NCBI GenBank assembly: GCA_964620045.1
Contig: CAZUJL010000022.1
Location: 1,498-65,497 of the forward strand
DNA: 64,000 nt
Direction of reading: 5' to 3'
Source of the DNA: an uncultured Nitrospirales bacterium
GTDB taxonomy: Bacteria > Hydrogenedentota > Hydrogenedentia > Hydrogenedentales > GCA-2746185
The notes beneath the pieces were generated by a model, which did no database searches, was not told where the DNA came from, and saw nothing but the letters and a program-made list of their open reading frames with translations. Both the position numbers and the translations under genes were made by a program. Of the stretch, positions 1-9,354 are shown one piece after another. The stretch's first letter is position 1; every line of letters starts with the position of its first letter.

Positions 1-71
1 GTTCCTCTGTGCCTCTGTGGTTAAAAGGCCTGTCCTTGGAGTAGGCCTCACCGTTCCCCTACAATCCCCGC

Positions 72-1781
72 ATGCGGATGTTCTCCACCGACCACAAAAC
101 CGTCGGCATTCAATACGCCCTCGCCGCGGCGTTTTTCCTGCTCGCCGGCCTCACCATCATCCTCCTCATCCGCTGGCAGCTCGCGTACTCCGGCGAGGCG
201 GTGCCCGTGCTCGGCCGGTTCATCAGCGCCGACAACCCGCACATGCCCGAAGGCAAGATGACGTCGACCTTCTACAACTCGCTCGGCGCGATGCACGGCA
301 CGATCATGGTCTTCCTCGCCGTGGTGCCGATGCTGACCGGCGCGTTCGGCATCTACCTCGTGCCGCTGCAGATCGGCGCGCCGGGCATGGCGTTCCCGCG
401 GCTGACGCTGCTCGGCTTCTGGGCGTATCTGCTCGGCGGGCTCACGATCCTCGCGAGCTTCTTCCTGCCCGATGGCCCCGCGTACTCCGGCTGGACCTCG
501 TATCCGCCGCTGTCCGTCATCGCGCCGGACGGGCAGACCGCGTGGCTCGTCGGAATGCTGTTCGTGATCGCGGCGTCCACCTTCGGCGCGGTGAACATGA
601 TCGCCACGATCATCCAACTCCGCGCGCCGGGACTTTCGTTCATGCGCCTGCCGCTGTTCGTGTGGGCGCAGTTCGTCGCGGCGTTCCTGCTGCTCACGGC
701 CTTCCCCTCGCTCGAGGCCGCGAGCCTGCTCCAGCTCTCCGACCGCCTGCTGGACACCAGCTTCTTCATGCCGAGCGGACTCGTCGTGAGCGGCGAGCAA
801 CTCGAATACACCGGCGGCGGGAGTCCGCTGCTGTGGCAGCACCTCTTCTGGTTCCTCGCGCACCCGGAGGTGTACGTGCTCGTGCTGCCCGCGATCGGCA
901 TCGTGGGCGAAGTGATCAGCAACAACACGCGCCGGCCGATCTGGAGCTATCGTGCGGCGGTCGCCTCCGTGCTCGCCGTTGGGTTCATGTCCTTCCTCGT
1001 GTGGGCGCACCATATGTTCCTCACGGGTATGGGCACGACGATGAACGCGTTTTTCGAGCTCACCACGATGATCGTGTCCGTGCCGTCGGTCGTGCTGCTC
1101 ACCGTCATGGTGGCCTCGCTCTGGGGCGGCGCCATCCGGTTCACCACGCCGATGCTGTACGCGCTCGCCTTCCTGCCGATGTTCGGCCTGGGCGGACTCA
1201 CGGGACTGCCGCTCGGCCTCGCGATGTCGGATATTTACCTGCACGACACCTACTACGTCGTCGGTCACTTCCACTACATCGTCGCGCCGGGCACGATATT
1301 TGCCATCTTCGCAGGCGTGTATCACTGGTTCCCGAAGATCACGGGACGGAAAATGAGCCACCTGCTGGGGCACCTGCACTTCTGGCCGACGCTGCTGTGC
1401 ATGAACGCGATCTTTTTCCCGATGCTGCTGCAGGGTTTCCACGGCGTGTCGCGGCGCTTGTATGACGGCGGGCTGAACTACGCGCACGCGCAAGACGTGC
1501 TGATCCTGAACAAGATCATGTCGCACTCGGCCTTCCTGCTCGCGGCTGTGCAGCTCGTGTTCCTCGCGAACCTCGCGTGGAGCTTCTTCTTCGGGAAGCG
1601 CGTCGAGCACAACCCGTGGGACGCGACGACGCTGGAGTGGACCGCGCCCTCGCCGCCGGTGCGCAGCGGCAACTTCGAGACCGCGCCGGCGGTGTACCGC
1701 GGGCCGTATGAATACAGCGTGCCCGGCGCGGCGCGGGACTTCAGCCCGCAGGCGCAGACCGACGGAGGCGCGCCGGCATGA
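72..1781 (+). CDS. ctaD: cytochrome c oxidase subunit I (haem-copper oxidase catalytic subunit)
   Basis: 569 aa polytopic membrane protein; N-terminal FSTDHKTVGIQY and His-rich motifs (HHMF, GHFHY) typical of CoxI; in-frame stop at 42-44 upstream, so start is 72 or shortly after; overlaps next gene by 4 nt. Confidence 0.9.
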   Translation: MRMFSTDHKTVGIQYALAAAFFLLAGLTIILLIRWQLAYSGEAVPVLGRFISADNPHMPEGKMTSTFYNSLGAMHGTIMVFLAVVPMLTGAFGIYLVPLQIGAPGMAFPRLTLLGFWAYLLGGLTILASFFLPDGPAYSGWTSYPPLSVIAPDGQTAWLVGMLFVIAASTFGAVNMIATIIQLRAPGLSFMRLPLFVWAQFVAAFLLLTAFPSLEAASLLQLSDRLLDTSFFMPSGLVVSGEQLEYTGGGSPLLWQHLFWFLAHPEVYVLVLPAIGIVGEVISNNTRRPIWSYRAAVASVLAVGFMSFLVWAHHMFLTGMGTTMNAFFELTTMIVSVPSVVLLTVMVASLWGGAIRFTTPMLYALAFLPMFGLGGLTGLPLGLAMSDIYLHDTYYVVGHFHYIVAPGTIFAIFAGVYHWFPKITGRKMSHLLGHLHFWPTLLCMNAIFFPMLLQGFHGVSRRLYDGGLNYAHAQDVLILNKIMSHSAFLLAAVQLVFLANLAWSFFFGKRVEHNPWDATTLEWTAPSPPVRSGNFETAPAVYRGPYEYSVPGAARDFSPQAQTDGGAPA

Positions 1782-2650
1782 GGGACCTGCTCGGCTTCCC
1801 GCTGGTCGCCTCAGAACACGGCGGCGCGATGACCAACTTCATCCTCGGCGTGCACGCGATCATGCTGGTCGTGTTTTTCGCCTGGGGCCTATGGTTCGTC
1901 ACCGCGCTCATCCGCTTCCGCGCGACGCGCAACCCGCACGCCGATCATCGCGGCCTGCGCACGCGCCTGCCCTACGCCGCTGCCGCTGCGCTCGCGCTCA
2001 CCGAAGCCGCGCTGCTCTTCGGCGTGTCGCTGCCGTTCTGGCACAAGACGATCGCGGCCGCGCCGGACCCCGCCCGCGAGGATGTATACGTCGTGCGCGT
2101 GATCGGCCAGCAGTTCCAGTGGAACGTGCACTATCCCGGCGCGGACGGCGTCTTCGGGCGCACGAGTCCGGCGCTGGTCGACGACGTGCTAAACCCGCTC
2201 GGTCTCGACAACGACGACCCCGCCTCGGCCGACGACATCACGACGCTGAACCAGTTGCACCTGCCGATCGGCAAGATCGCGCTGATTTATCTCGGCTCGA
2301 AGGACGTGATCCATAGCTTCTTTCTGCCGGAATTCCGCGTGAAGCAGGACGCAATCCCCGGCATGCGCGTGCCGGTGTACTTCACGCCGACGATGACCAG
2401 CGAGGAGTTCCGCGCGAAGATTGGAAATCCCGCGCGCGAGTTTGAGATCGCGTGCGCGCAGCTCTGCGGCATCAACCACTACACGATGCGCGGGTTCGTG
2501 ACCATTGAGACGCAGGAGCAGCTTGATGCGTGGTACGCCGCGCAGCTCGAGCAGAAGAAGGAGTACGCTGCGGACGACTGGTGGGTCGAGGCCGCGCCGG
2601 AAACTCTGCCACCGACGCCGGCGCCCGCCCCGGAACCGCAGCAACCCTGA
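1778..2650 (+). CDS. coxB: cytochrome c oxidase subunit II (CuA cupredoxin subunit)
   Basis: 290 aa; two N-terminal TM helices; DVIHSFFLPEFRVKQDAIPG and CuA ligand pattern CAQLCGINHYTM; no fused cytochrome c domain. Confidence 0.8.
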   Translation: MRDLLGFPLVASEHGGAMTNFILGVHAIMLVVFFAWGLWFVTALIRFRATRNPHADHRGLRTRLPYAAAAALALTEAALLFGVSLPFWHKTIAAAPDPAREDVYVVRVIGQQFQWNVHYPGADGVFGRTSPALVDDVLNPLGLDNDDPASADDITTLNQLHLPIGKIALIYLGSKDVIHSFFLPEFRVKQDAIPGMRVPVYFTPTMTSEEFRAKIGNPAREFEIACAQLCGINHYTMRGFVTIETQEQLDAWYAAQLEQKKEYAADDWWVEAAPETLPPTPAPAPEPQQP

Positions 2651-2662
2651 GCCCACAAGCAA

Positions 2663-2712
2663 GCGGGGCCGGGAATCCCATCGGATGCCCGGCCCCGTTC
2701 GCTACGTTTATG
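2663..2712. terminator. hairpin terminator between convergent coxB and downstream minus-strand operon
   Basis: 10-bp perfect stem cggggccggg / cccggccccg (2663-2672 and 2687-2696) with 14-nt loop, followed by T-containing tract; located between two convergent gene ends. Confidence 0.5.
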
Positions 2713-2750
2713 TCTGCTGGGTTGGACCGTAGTCCCGCCCTCAGTGCGGT

Positions 2751-3764
2751 TCAGTTTCCGTTGGCTGCGCCTTCGGCTGGCTTCGCTTCGGTGGTCGCGG
2801 CCGGCTTGGCGACGAAGCCTTCGACTTCGAAAGGCGCGCTCCACTGCGTCTCGCCCCACACGAGGCGCACGATGCCGCCGTTGGCGGTTTGCTCCAGCTC
2901 AACCTTGAAGGTTTCCGCCGGTTCGGCAGGCTTGCCGGTTTCAAGCGCGACCTCGGCGGCGTCGGCTTCGGGGTTGTGCATCGTGCCCCACACGTCCGAC
3001 TCGCTATTGAAGATCAGGTTCCAGCCGGTGGCGGTCTTGCGCATCCAGAGGCTGTACACGCCGGGGTAGTCCGGCGCGACGTTTTCCTTCTTCACGACGC
3101 CCTGCGCGAACTTCATGTCCACGTCGGTCATCAGCTTCGTCGCGCGGCCGCCGACGAATTCGAACACTTCGCCTTCCTTCACTTCGCTCAGGCGCTTATA
3201 GTCTTCGTCGGCCGTCGCGAGCGGATGAAAGTTGACGCTTACTTTGTCGTCGCCGAAGCGCAGGCGTGCGGAGTTGGCGGCCATGCGACGATTGCGGCTG
3301 CGCGTCTCGCGGATTTCCGCGTCTTCACCGGCGGCAACCACGGCCGTGAACGGCGCGCTGAACAGGCCGCTGTCTTCGGCGAAGGTGCCTTCGAGGCCTT
3401 CGGCCGACGGCGTAGCCGTCACCGTGACCTGAAATTCCTGCTGCCCGAACTTCAGCGGATACTTGAGCACCATGTTGCCGCGCTCGTCGATCGAGACGTC
3501 TTCGATGGCCGTCGGCTCGGGCAACTGCGCCGAATCGATCGTGGCGCCGACTTTGCCTTCGAGATCGACGACAATCATGTTGAAATTCATCTGACGTCCC
3601 ATCATGTCGATGGTGACCGCCCAGTTACTGAGGAAATCCCGGGCTTCCGACGAATCGAGCTTCGTCGGCACCGGATCTTCGGCGACCACGGCGGGCGAAA
3701 CCGCCGCCATCATCGCCATCGCGCACACTGCCACCCATTGCCACCCTTGAAATCCCGCGCGCAT
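2751..3764 (-). CDS. secreted protein with C-terminal DUF2911-like domain (paralogue of 27568..28263)
   Basis: 337 aa, N-terminal signal peptide; C-terminal about 110 aa (ENVAPDYPGVYSLWMRKTATGWNLIFNSESDVWGTM...WGETQWSAPFEV) clearly homologous to the 27568..28263 product (ENVAKGYAGVYSLWIKKTADGWAFVFNQKPDVWGTM...WGAHQWSAKFAI); family name from memory, unverified. Confidence 0.5.
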   Translation of the reverse strand: MRAGFQGWQWVAVCAMAMMAAVSPAVVAEDPVPTKLDSSEARDFLSNWAVTIDMMGRQMNFNMIVVDLEGKVGATIDSAQLPEPTAIEDVSIDERGNMVLKYPLKFGQQEFQVTVTATPSAEGLEGTFAEDSGLFSAPFTAVVAAGEDAEIRETRSRNRRMAANSARLRFGDDKVSVNFHPLATADEDYKRLSEVKEGEVFEFVGGRATKLMTDVDMKFAQGVVKKENVAPDYPGVYSLWMRKTATGWNLIFNSESDVWGTMHNPEADAAEVALETGKPAEPAETFKVELEQTANGGIVRLVWGETQWSAPFEVEGFVAKPAATTEAKPAEGAANGN

Positions 3765-3917
3765 GCTCAGACACCCTCTTTGCGTTCGCCGCTGCGGGCG
3801 AACCCAGTCTGCAAGCCAAGGCCCGGCGCAGCGCCGGGCACGTACCCTTAAAGATTATCGGGAGGGACCCGGTTTATGGCCGAATCCCTCCCCGGAACGC
3901 AACTATACGTCACCGGT

Positions 3918-5171
3918 TCAGTCGCCGGGGAACTGCACATCCTTCTTCGGCGCGACGGTCATCCAGGCAAGGTCCATTTCGTCGGTGGTCGGACCGCCGA
4001 AACGAATCGCTTCGCTGGAGTCGAAGCCCGCGGCCGCGCCGCGTTCGTCGGAGTTGTCGTACCAGAATTCCATTTCGACGCGCGTACCGGCCGGCAGAAT
4101 CTTGTGCTCGGCGTAGTCGTAGCCCGTCTGCCAGTTAAAGTCCCACGCCGGAACGTGCAGAAGCTGTTCCGAGGTGCCATCCGGATAGAACGCGGTGTAC
4201 TTCGCTTCGGTACCGCGCAGGTGCATGTGCGGCAGCATCGAGAGCACGATCGTGTCTTCGTCGAAGGTGTGCGACGCGCCAACTTTCCAGTGCTTCGCGT
4301 GCGGCGGAATTTCAAACGAGCCGTGGGCGACCGGGAAGATATTGACCGGGTGCGTGACTTTCGCGCCCTCGGGGTGGAACTGGAGACCGATCTGCGAGCT
4401 GTCCCACTTGCCCGTGCCCGGGCCGGCTTCCTTGTGATAGTGCATCGCGAAGGTGATCGCGGAGCCCTTCTTGAGCTCGATGCCGTAGCCTTCCGGCCAC
4501 TGCGACTGGTCCGCGCCCGGCGCGTTGCCGCCCAGCATGCCGCGGCTGGTTTCGCCGGCATGTTCCTTGGAGTTCGCGTGACCGATGATATGGTGCACCA
4601 CGTCGCTACCCGGCTTGAATTCAATGCTGCGAATCCAGCGATCGTTCGGAAGCTGCTCTTCGGTGAGCTGCGTGGTGATGTTTTCGTAAAGGTCCTGCAC
4701 CTCGTCCTTCACGAAGAAGGGCTTCGGGAAATCGACGACGAGGTCCGGCTGACCGAAGTTCCAACCCGTCTCCGAGAACTTAATCGGGGCGGGGGCATCC
4801 TGCGGATTGCCGCGCTTGGCACCCTGCTGGACCCAGTCGGTCAAGGTCTTGATCTGTTCGGCGGATAGCGTGCGCTCGTTGCTGAACACGCCGTGGTATT
4901 CCTCGGACGCGTCCCACGGCGGCATCACCTTTTCGTTCACCGCCTTCACCATTGCCTTTGCCCACGGACGAACTTCCTCGTAGGTCATCAGCGACATCGG
5001 CGCGACCATGCCCGAGAGATTGATGCCCGAGGGGCGGTGGCAGGTCTGACATTTTTCCTGCAGGATCGGCAGCACGTCCTTGGTGAACGTGATTTCCGCC
5101 TGCGCGGCGCCCGCGAACGATGCGCCGACCAGCGCAGCGCCCAGAGCGACTTTCTTCGTGAGGTAGTGCAT
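3918..5171 (-). CDS. secreted mono-haem cytochrome c fused to PHM/DBH-like type II copper monooxygenase domain (paralogue 1 of 4)
   Basis: Signal peptide from ATG at 5171 (GGGAGA RBS 6 nt upstream; ORF track extends to 5237); CQTCH haem motif plus MPPW; then VHH ... MHYHKE ... HMHLRGT ... TDEMDLAWM, matching the CuH (H,H,H) and CuM (HxH,M) ligand order and spacing of peptidylglycine alpha-hydroxylating monooxygenase; FNWQ motif shared by all four paralogues. Confidence 0.6.
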   Translation of the reverse strand: MHYLTKKVALGAALVGASFAGAAQAEITFTKDVLPILQEKCQTCHRPSGINLSGMVAPMSLMTYEEVRPWAKAMVKAVNEKVMPPWDASEEYHGVFSNERTLSAEQIKTLTDWVQQGAKRGNPQDAPAPIKFSETGWNFGQPDLVVDFPKPFFVKDEVQDLYENITTQLTEEQLPNDRWIRSIEFKPGSDVVHHIIGHANSKEHAGETSRGMLGGNAPGADQSQWPEGYGIELKKGSAITFAMHYHKEAGPGTGKWDSSQIGLQFHPEGAKVTHPVNIFPVAHGSFEIPPHAKHWKVGASHTFDEDTIVLSMLPHMHLRGTEAKYTAFYPDGTSEQLLHVPAWDFNWQTGYDYAEHKILPAGTRVEMEFWYDNSDERGAAAGFDSSEAIRFGGPTTDEMDLAWMTVAPKKDVQFPGD

Positions 5172-5245
5172 GTAAAATCTCCCGGTGTTCCCACCGCGTT
5201 TGCGCCATCCGCAGCGCATCATGCCCGTATAAACCAAAAGCGCGA

Positions 5246-5641
5246 TCAGTATTCGCTGATCACGCTCATTCGAATCACGTTAGCGCCCTTGGCCGTGTAC
5301 TTGAGTCCTTGGACGGTGACCTTCTTGCCGACATATTCCGCGACGAACTTATTTGCCAATTCCAAATGGGAGGCCGGCGCGTTGTTGCGGTAGACGGCGA
5401 TCCAGACTATGCCGGTCTCGTCTTCGAGAATGCCGACGGGGAATCCTTCCTCGATGCGCGCCTTGTGCGCGGCCACGAGCTCGGGCGTGTAGCCCTGCAT
5501 CGCGTAGGTACCAAGTTCGATAACGTCTCCGACGATGATGCCCTTCTCACCTTTTGGTGCCGCATCCTGCGCGAACACCCATGCACCCGCGGTGAGAGCC
5601 ATCGCCGCACAAACGAACACAATCGCGTACTTGCGCTTCAT
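5246..5641 (-). CDS. small secreted hypothetical protein
   Basis: 131 aa with signal peptide; sits between the monooxygenase paralogue and the giant cytochrome in a same-strand tightly spaced array. Confidence 0.4.
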   Translation of the reverse strand: MKRKYAIVFVCAAMALTAGAWVFAQDAAPKGEKGIIVGDVIELGTYAMQGYTPELVAAHKARIEEGFPVGILEDETGIVWIAVYRNNAPASHLELANKFVAEYVGKKVTVQGLKYTAKGANVIRMSVISEY

Positions 5642-5881
5642 GCCTTCCTCCAGTTACCGGGCCGACCGCCCGGAGTCGCTCCGCGCTCTTCCGGTCATTC
5701 CCGCGCGGATATCTGATAATACGTAAACGCGGGCCTGGCCGTCCACCCCCGGCGGCTGCCGCGAGACTCCGTAACTCGAACCTTTCAAAAGACTTACGGA
5801 ATCGACTGCTTTCGCCGCGGGATTCGGCTTCGATGAGTGAAAACACCACCCAAAGCGTCCGGGTTCCAGCAAAACCCCAGC

Positions 5882-8800
5882 CTACGGCTGTTTTTTCACC
5901 GGAAACAGTGCTTTTATTTCCCGCACATTCCCGGCCAATTCGTCGAATCCTGCCTGCACCCGCGGCGCGTCTGCCGTGTCGCCTGCGCGGTCGATTTTGT
6001 TGACCGTCCGGTTCACGGTGCCCAGCATGTATTTCAGCCGGCCTTTCTGCCGCGGATCGACGCCCGTTGTTTCCGGTTTCGAGAGCGCCGCGACCAGATC
6101 GGCGATATCGAGCGCCGGCTGATAGAGCGTGTACCAATCCTTGGCCGCGATGCGCGCGCGCAGGTCTTCTTGTTTAAGATCGATTAGCGCAAGAATTTCC
6201 GGCGCCGTGGCGGGAATTAGCAGCGGCGGGCGGAAGTGGCTGTGCGTCGGCGGCACCCCCGGAGCACCGGGGACGCCCGGCGTCGCCATGCCGGGCATTC
6301 CGGGCATGGCCGACGCGGACGGCGCACCGCCGGTGTCGACCGTGACCTGATCGAACTCAAAGTCGAAGCGTTTGTCGACACCGCCGAGTTTGACGAGCGC
6401 ATACAAGGTCGACGGCATCTGCGGCGGCACGACGGCCATCAAGTAGTCCGCGCCGGGCCGGATCAACTGGAGTTCGTAGACGTCTTCCGTGACTTCGCCG
6501 GTCTTCTCGTTCAGATGTTCGATGCGCGCAGTGCCGGTGAAGTTGCGCGGATCGATCGGACGGCGGAAGTCGTCGTAGAAATACACGCGGAACTCACCGG
6601 GGCTCGGCATGGTGCCTTCCACGTGGTGGAAGAGATTGTCCGCCATGTGGAATTGACCGCCGTGGATTGGATTGTGGTTCATGTGCGCGACGGCGGTGTT
6701 CAGCGCGATCGCGGGATCGATCGTCACCGCGTCGAAGTTGAACGTGAAGGCTTCGCGCTTGCCGCCGATCCACACGCCGGCCTTCACTTCGAGTGGCGTC
6801 GCCGGAGAAACATACGCCACCAGACTTTCGGGCGATTGTGTGTCCCGACTCATCGGCAGCTTCTTGCCGTCCAGTTCAATTTCCGCCGCGAACAGACCGG
6901 GATCAACGGGATGTTTCCACGCGTCGTAGAAATACAGGCGAAGTTCGCCCGGATGCGGCAAGGCGGCTTCGACGTAATGGAAACCGTCGGCGGAGGGATA
7001 GATTTCAGGACTGCCGTGCGGGCCGAGGACGATGGCCTGTTTCGGGGTTGCGTCGGTGGCCGGGTCCCACGGTTCTTCGCTGATTTCGTCAAACTCGAAC
7101 TCGATCGACTGCTTCCCCGTGCCGATGGCGAGTGTGACACGCGTCTTCATCGGCAATTCAGGATTCACTTTCGCGGCGAGGTACTCCGCGCGCGGCGACG
7201 GCACTACGAGGGCGATCGGCGTTCCCGCGGATGACTGCGGGCTGCCGCCGAGCACTTCGGCCTGCGCCGTGAAACCACGCGGATCGATCGGTTGCAAGTT
7301 GGGACCGTAAAAATACAACCGCAGATCGCCGGGCGCCGGCAACGCGGCTTCGACGCGATACTCGGTGCCTTCGATCGCTTCGAGCCAACCACCGTGCGGC
7401 GGTTCGGTGAAACCCTGCTTGGCGGCCGGGTCTTGTGACGCCGCGGGCGGCGTAGGCCCGTTGAACGTGAAGTCGAAGGCTTCTTCCTCGCCGCCGAGCA
7501 AGACCTTGGCGGTAAGCGTTTGCGGAAACACGGGATCCAGCCAGGCGGAAAGGTGATCGTCGCCGGGCAGGAACTGCGTCAACGGCACACTGCGCGCGCC
7601 GCCGTCCACCAGAAGTTCCGCTTTGAAATTGCGCGGATCGATTGGCGCCATACGGTCGTCATAGATGTACAGCGAGAACGCGCCGGGCCGCGGCATTGTG
7701 CCTTGCACTTGGTGGTAGCCATTCTTCGCGATGCGGATACGCTCCGGCTCCTGCGGCACGTCGATGGTCTCGGCGACCGCCTTGGTGGTTTCCGCGACCG
7801 TGCGGCCACCGCCCAGTGCGTCGACGATTTCACCGCCGATGCCGCCCAGCATGCCGCCGCCTTGTTGCGGCTCCTTGGTCACGACGACGGGCGTGAGCTT
7901 GAGGTGATCGTCGAGCGTGTAGTGGAAGTACATGTACAGCCGCTCGTCGAGATAACCCGGACCGGTCTTCACATCTTTTGGCGGACTGTTCGGATTCGAC
8001 TCGTTCGCCTCGGTGTTGTCGAGGTAGCTCGTCAGCACGAGCCGCGCGCCCTGCGGGGCGGCGACCGGCTCTGCGAAGCGATAACTCGTCGCCCACCGTT
8101 GCTGGTATCTCGGCACCCACGCGAGCGTGCGTTCGATGCCGTCGGGATAGAAGATTTCGATCTTAAGCTGCGTCGCCACGGGCCCCGCATGCGGCTCGAT
8201 GGCGAGCAGGTGCGTGTTCTCGGTGAACACATACTCCACTTTCTTCTGCACTTTCTCGCCCACCTTCACCGCAAACGCGGGCGCTTCGGCGAGACGCGAT
8301 TCGACCATCAAATCGAACTCTTCGTTGGGCGCGGCGAGGAACAGGCCGAGGCGCGTGTTGTCGCGGATTTCCTGCGACCAATCGGCCCACTCGGGGCGGA
8401 CGTATTCGACACGCAGTTCGATGCTCGAGCCTTTGTACAGCTTGCGGCCGGCGGTTTGCGGATACATCACCGGGCCATCGCCCTTCACCCACTGGCCGAG
8501 GAAATGCGGACCGGCGGGCATGGGACGCATGCGCGTGATCTCGCGTTCTTTTTCGGTCGCGTAGGGATCGTAGGCGCCCTTGACCTCCATCTCGATCGCG
8601 GGCGGCTGGAAACCTTCGGGATCGTGGAGCCACGCGGTGACGCGGGCGACGTTTTGCGGATTGCCGACCAGAAATTCGTAGCCGGTGATGTAGGTATCCG
8701 CGGGAACATCGACGGCGATGAGGGCTTCGGCCGAATCGTAGACCTTGTCTTTCGGCACGACGTGGCCCTGCGGCAATGCGACGATCAGACCGGGCGCGCC

Positions 8801-9259
8801 CAGCGACCATGTAGGCTCGGCGAATTCCTCCGGCGGTGGCAGATTGCGGTATGGGCCTTGGGGACCACCGCCGCGAATCCAGGCAATGACCATGTCTTTT
8901 TCTTCGCTCGTTAGCGCGCGCGAGTTTTCGAAATGGCCGAAGCGATCGTCCGCGTTCCAGGGCGGCATGCGGCCGAGCATGATCTCGTCTTCGATCTGGG
9001 CGGCCCATGCGCGTGCGCCGGGCTTTGTATCGGTACCGTAGACCGTTAAGTCCACGTAATCCGGCGCGAGGCCGCCGGGGTGGTGGCAAGGCATGCACTT
9101 CTGGATGAAGATCGGCCGGATGGTCTCGCTCCAGGTAACGTCGGTGGTAATCCTGGTGTGGGCGGAGGCCGGAATCGGCGCGATATACAAGGAAAGGGCT
9201 GCCAAGCCCACTGCGGCGAGGGCGATGGCCGTCAAAATCAGGAATTTCGGTCGTTTCAT
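5882..9259 (-). CDS. large secreted cytochrome c with four internal YFYD repeat domains (about 115 aa each)
   Basis: Start at ATG 9259 (MKRPKFLILTAIAL signal peptide); N-terminal CMPCHHPGG ... MPPW module homologous to the N-terminal module of the four monooxygenase paralogues; four repeats each containing P-x-PGE(L/F)R(L/V)YFYD ... P(I/V)DP(R/G)(N/G)F and ending in F-(D/T)-F-(T/E)-F. Confidence 0.6.
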   Translation of the reverse strand: MKRPKFLILTAIALAAVGLAALSLYIAPIPASAHTRITTDVTWSETIRPIFIQKCMPCHHPGGLAPDYVDLTVYGTDTKPGARAWAAQIEDEIMLGRMPPWNADDRFGHFENSRALTSEEKDMVIAWIRGGGPQGPYRNLPPPEEFAEPTWSLGAPGLIVALPQGHVVPKDKVYDSAEALIAVDVPADTYITGYEFLVGNPQNVARVTAWLHDPEGFQPPAIEMEVKGAYDPYATEKEREITRMRPMPAGPHFLGQWVKGDGPVMYPQTAGRKLYKGSSIELRVEYVRPEWADWSQEIRDNTRLGLFLAAPNEEFDLMVESRLAEAPAFAVKVGEKVQKKVEYVFTENTHLLAIEPHAGPVATQLKIEIFYPDGIERTLAWVPRYQQRWATSYRFAEPVAAPQGARLVLTSYLDNTEANESNPNSPPKDVKTGPGYLDERLYMYFHYTLDDHLKLTPVVVTKEPQQGGGMLGGIGGEIVDALGGGRTVAETTKAVAETIDVPQEPERIRIAKNGYHQVQGTMPRPGAFSLYIYDDRMAPIDPRNFKAELLVDGGARSVPLTQFLPGDDHLSAWLDPVFPQTLTAKVLLGGEEEAFDFTFNGPTPPAASQDPAAKQGFTEPPHGGWLEAIEGTEYRVEAALPAPGDLRLYFYGPNLQPIDPRGFTAQAEVLGGSPQSSAGTPIALVVPSPRAEYLAAKVNPELPMKTRVTLAIGTGKQSIEFEFDEISEEPWDPATDATPKQAIVLGPHGSPEIYPSADGFHYVEAALPHPGELRLYFYDAWKHPVDPGLFAAEIELDGKKLPMSRDTQSPESLVAYVSPATPLEVKAGVWIGGKREAFTFNFDAVTIDPAIALNTAVAHMNHNPIHGGQFHMADNLFHHVEGTMPSPGEFRVYFYDDFRRPIDPRNFTGTARIEHLNEKTGEVTEDVYELQLIRPGADYLMAVVPPQMPSTLYALVKLGGVDKRFDFEFDQVTVDTGGAPSASAMPGMPGMATPGVPGAPGVPPTHSHFRPPLLIPATAPEILALIDLKQEDLRARIAAKDWYTLYQPALDIADLVAALSKPETTGVDPRQKGRLKYMLGTVNRTVNKIDRAGDTADAPRVQAGFDELAGNVREIKALFPVKKQP

Positions 9260-9354
9260 TACTGCATTTCCCCGGTTTCCAATTGGATCTGAACCCAAAT
9301 ATACGGGTCGGGGTTCCCGAAATTCATGTTTCGCCGCGCGGGGCGGCCAGATTG

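Noticed and set aside
60-65. TACAAT hexamer resembling a -10 box upstream of coxI
   Set aside because: It lies only 6 nt before the ATG with no matching -35 at sensible spacing. Cannot be supported as a promoter.
17-1610. Long ORFs 17-1465 (+) and 48-1610 (-) overlapping the coxI gene
   Set aside because: Arg/Pro/Ala/His-rich low-complexity translations typical of off-frame reading of high-GC DNA. The coxI frame has unmistakable conserved motifs.
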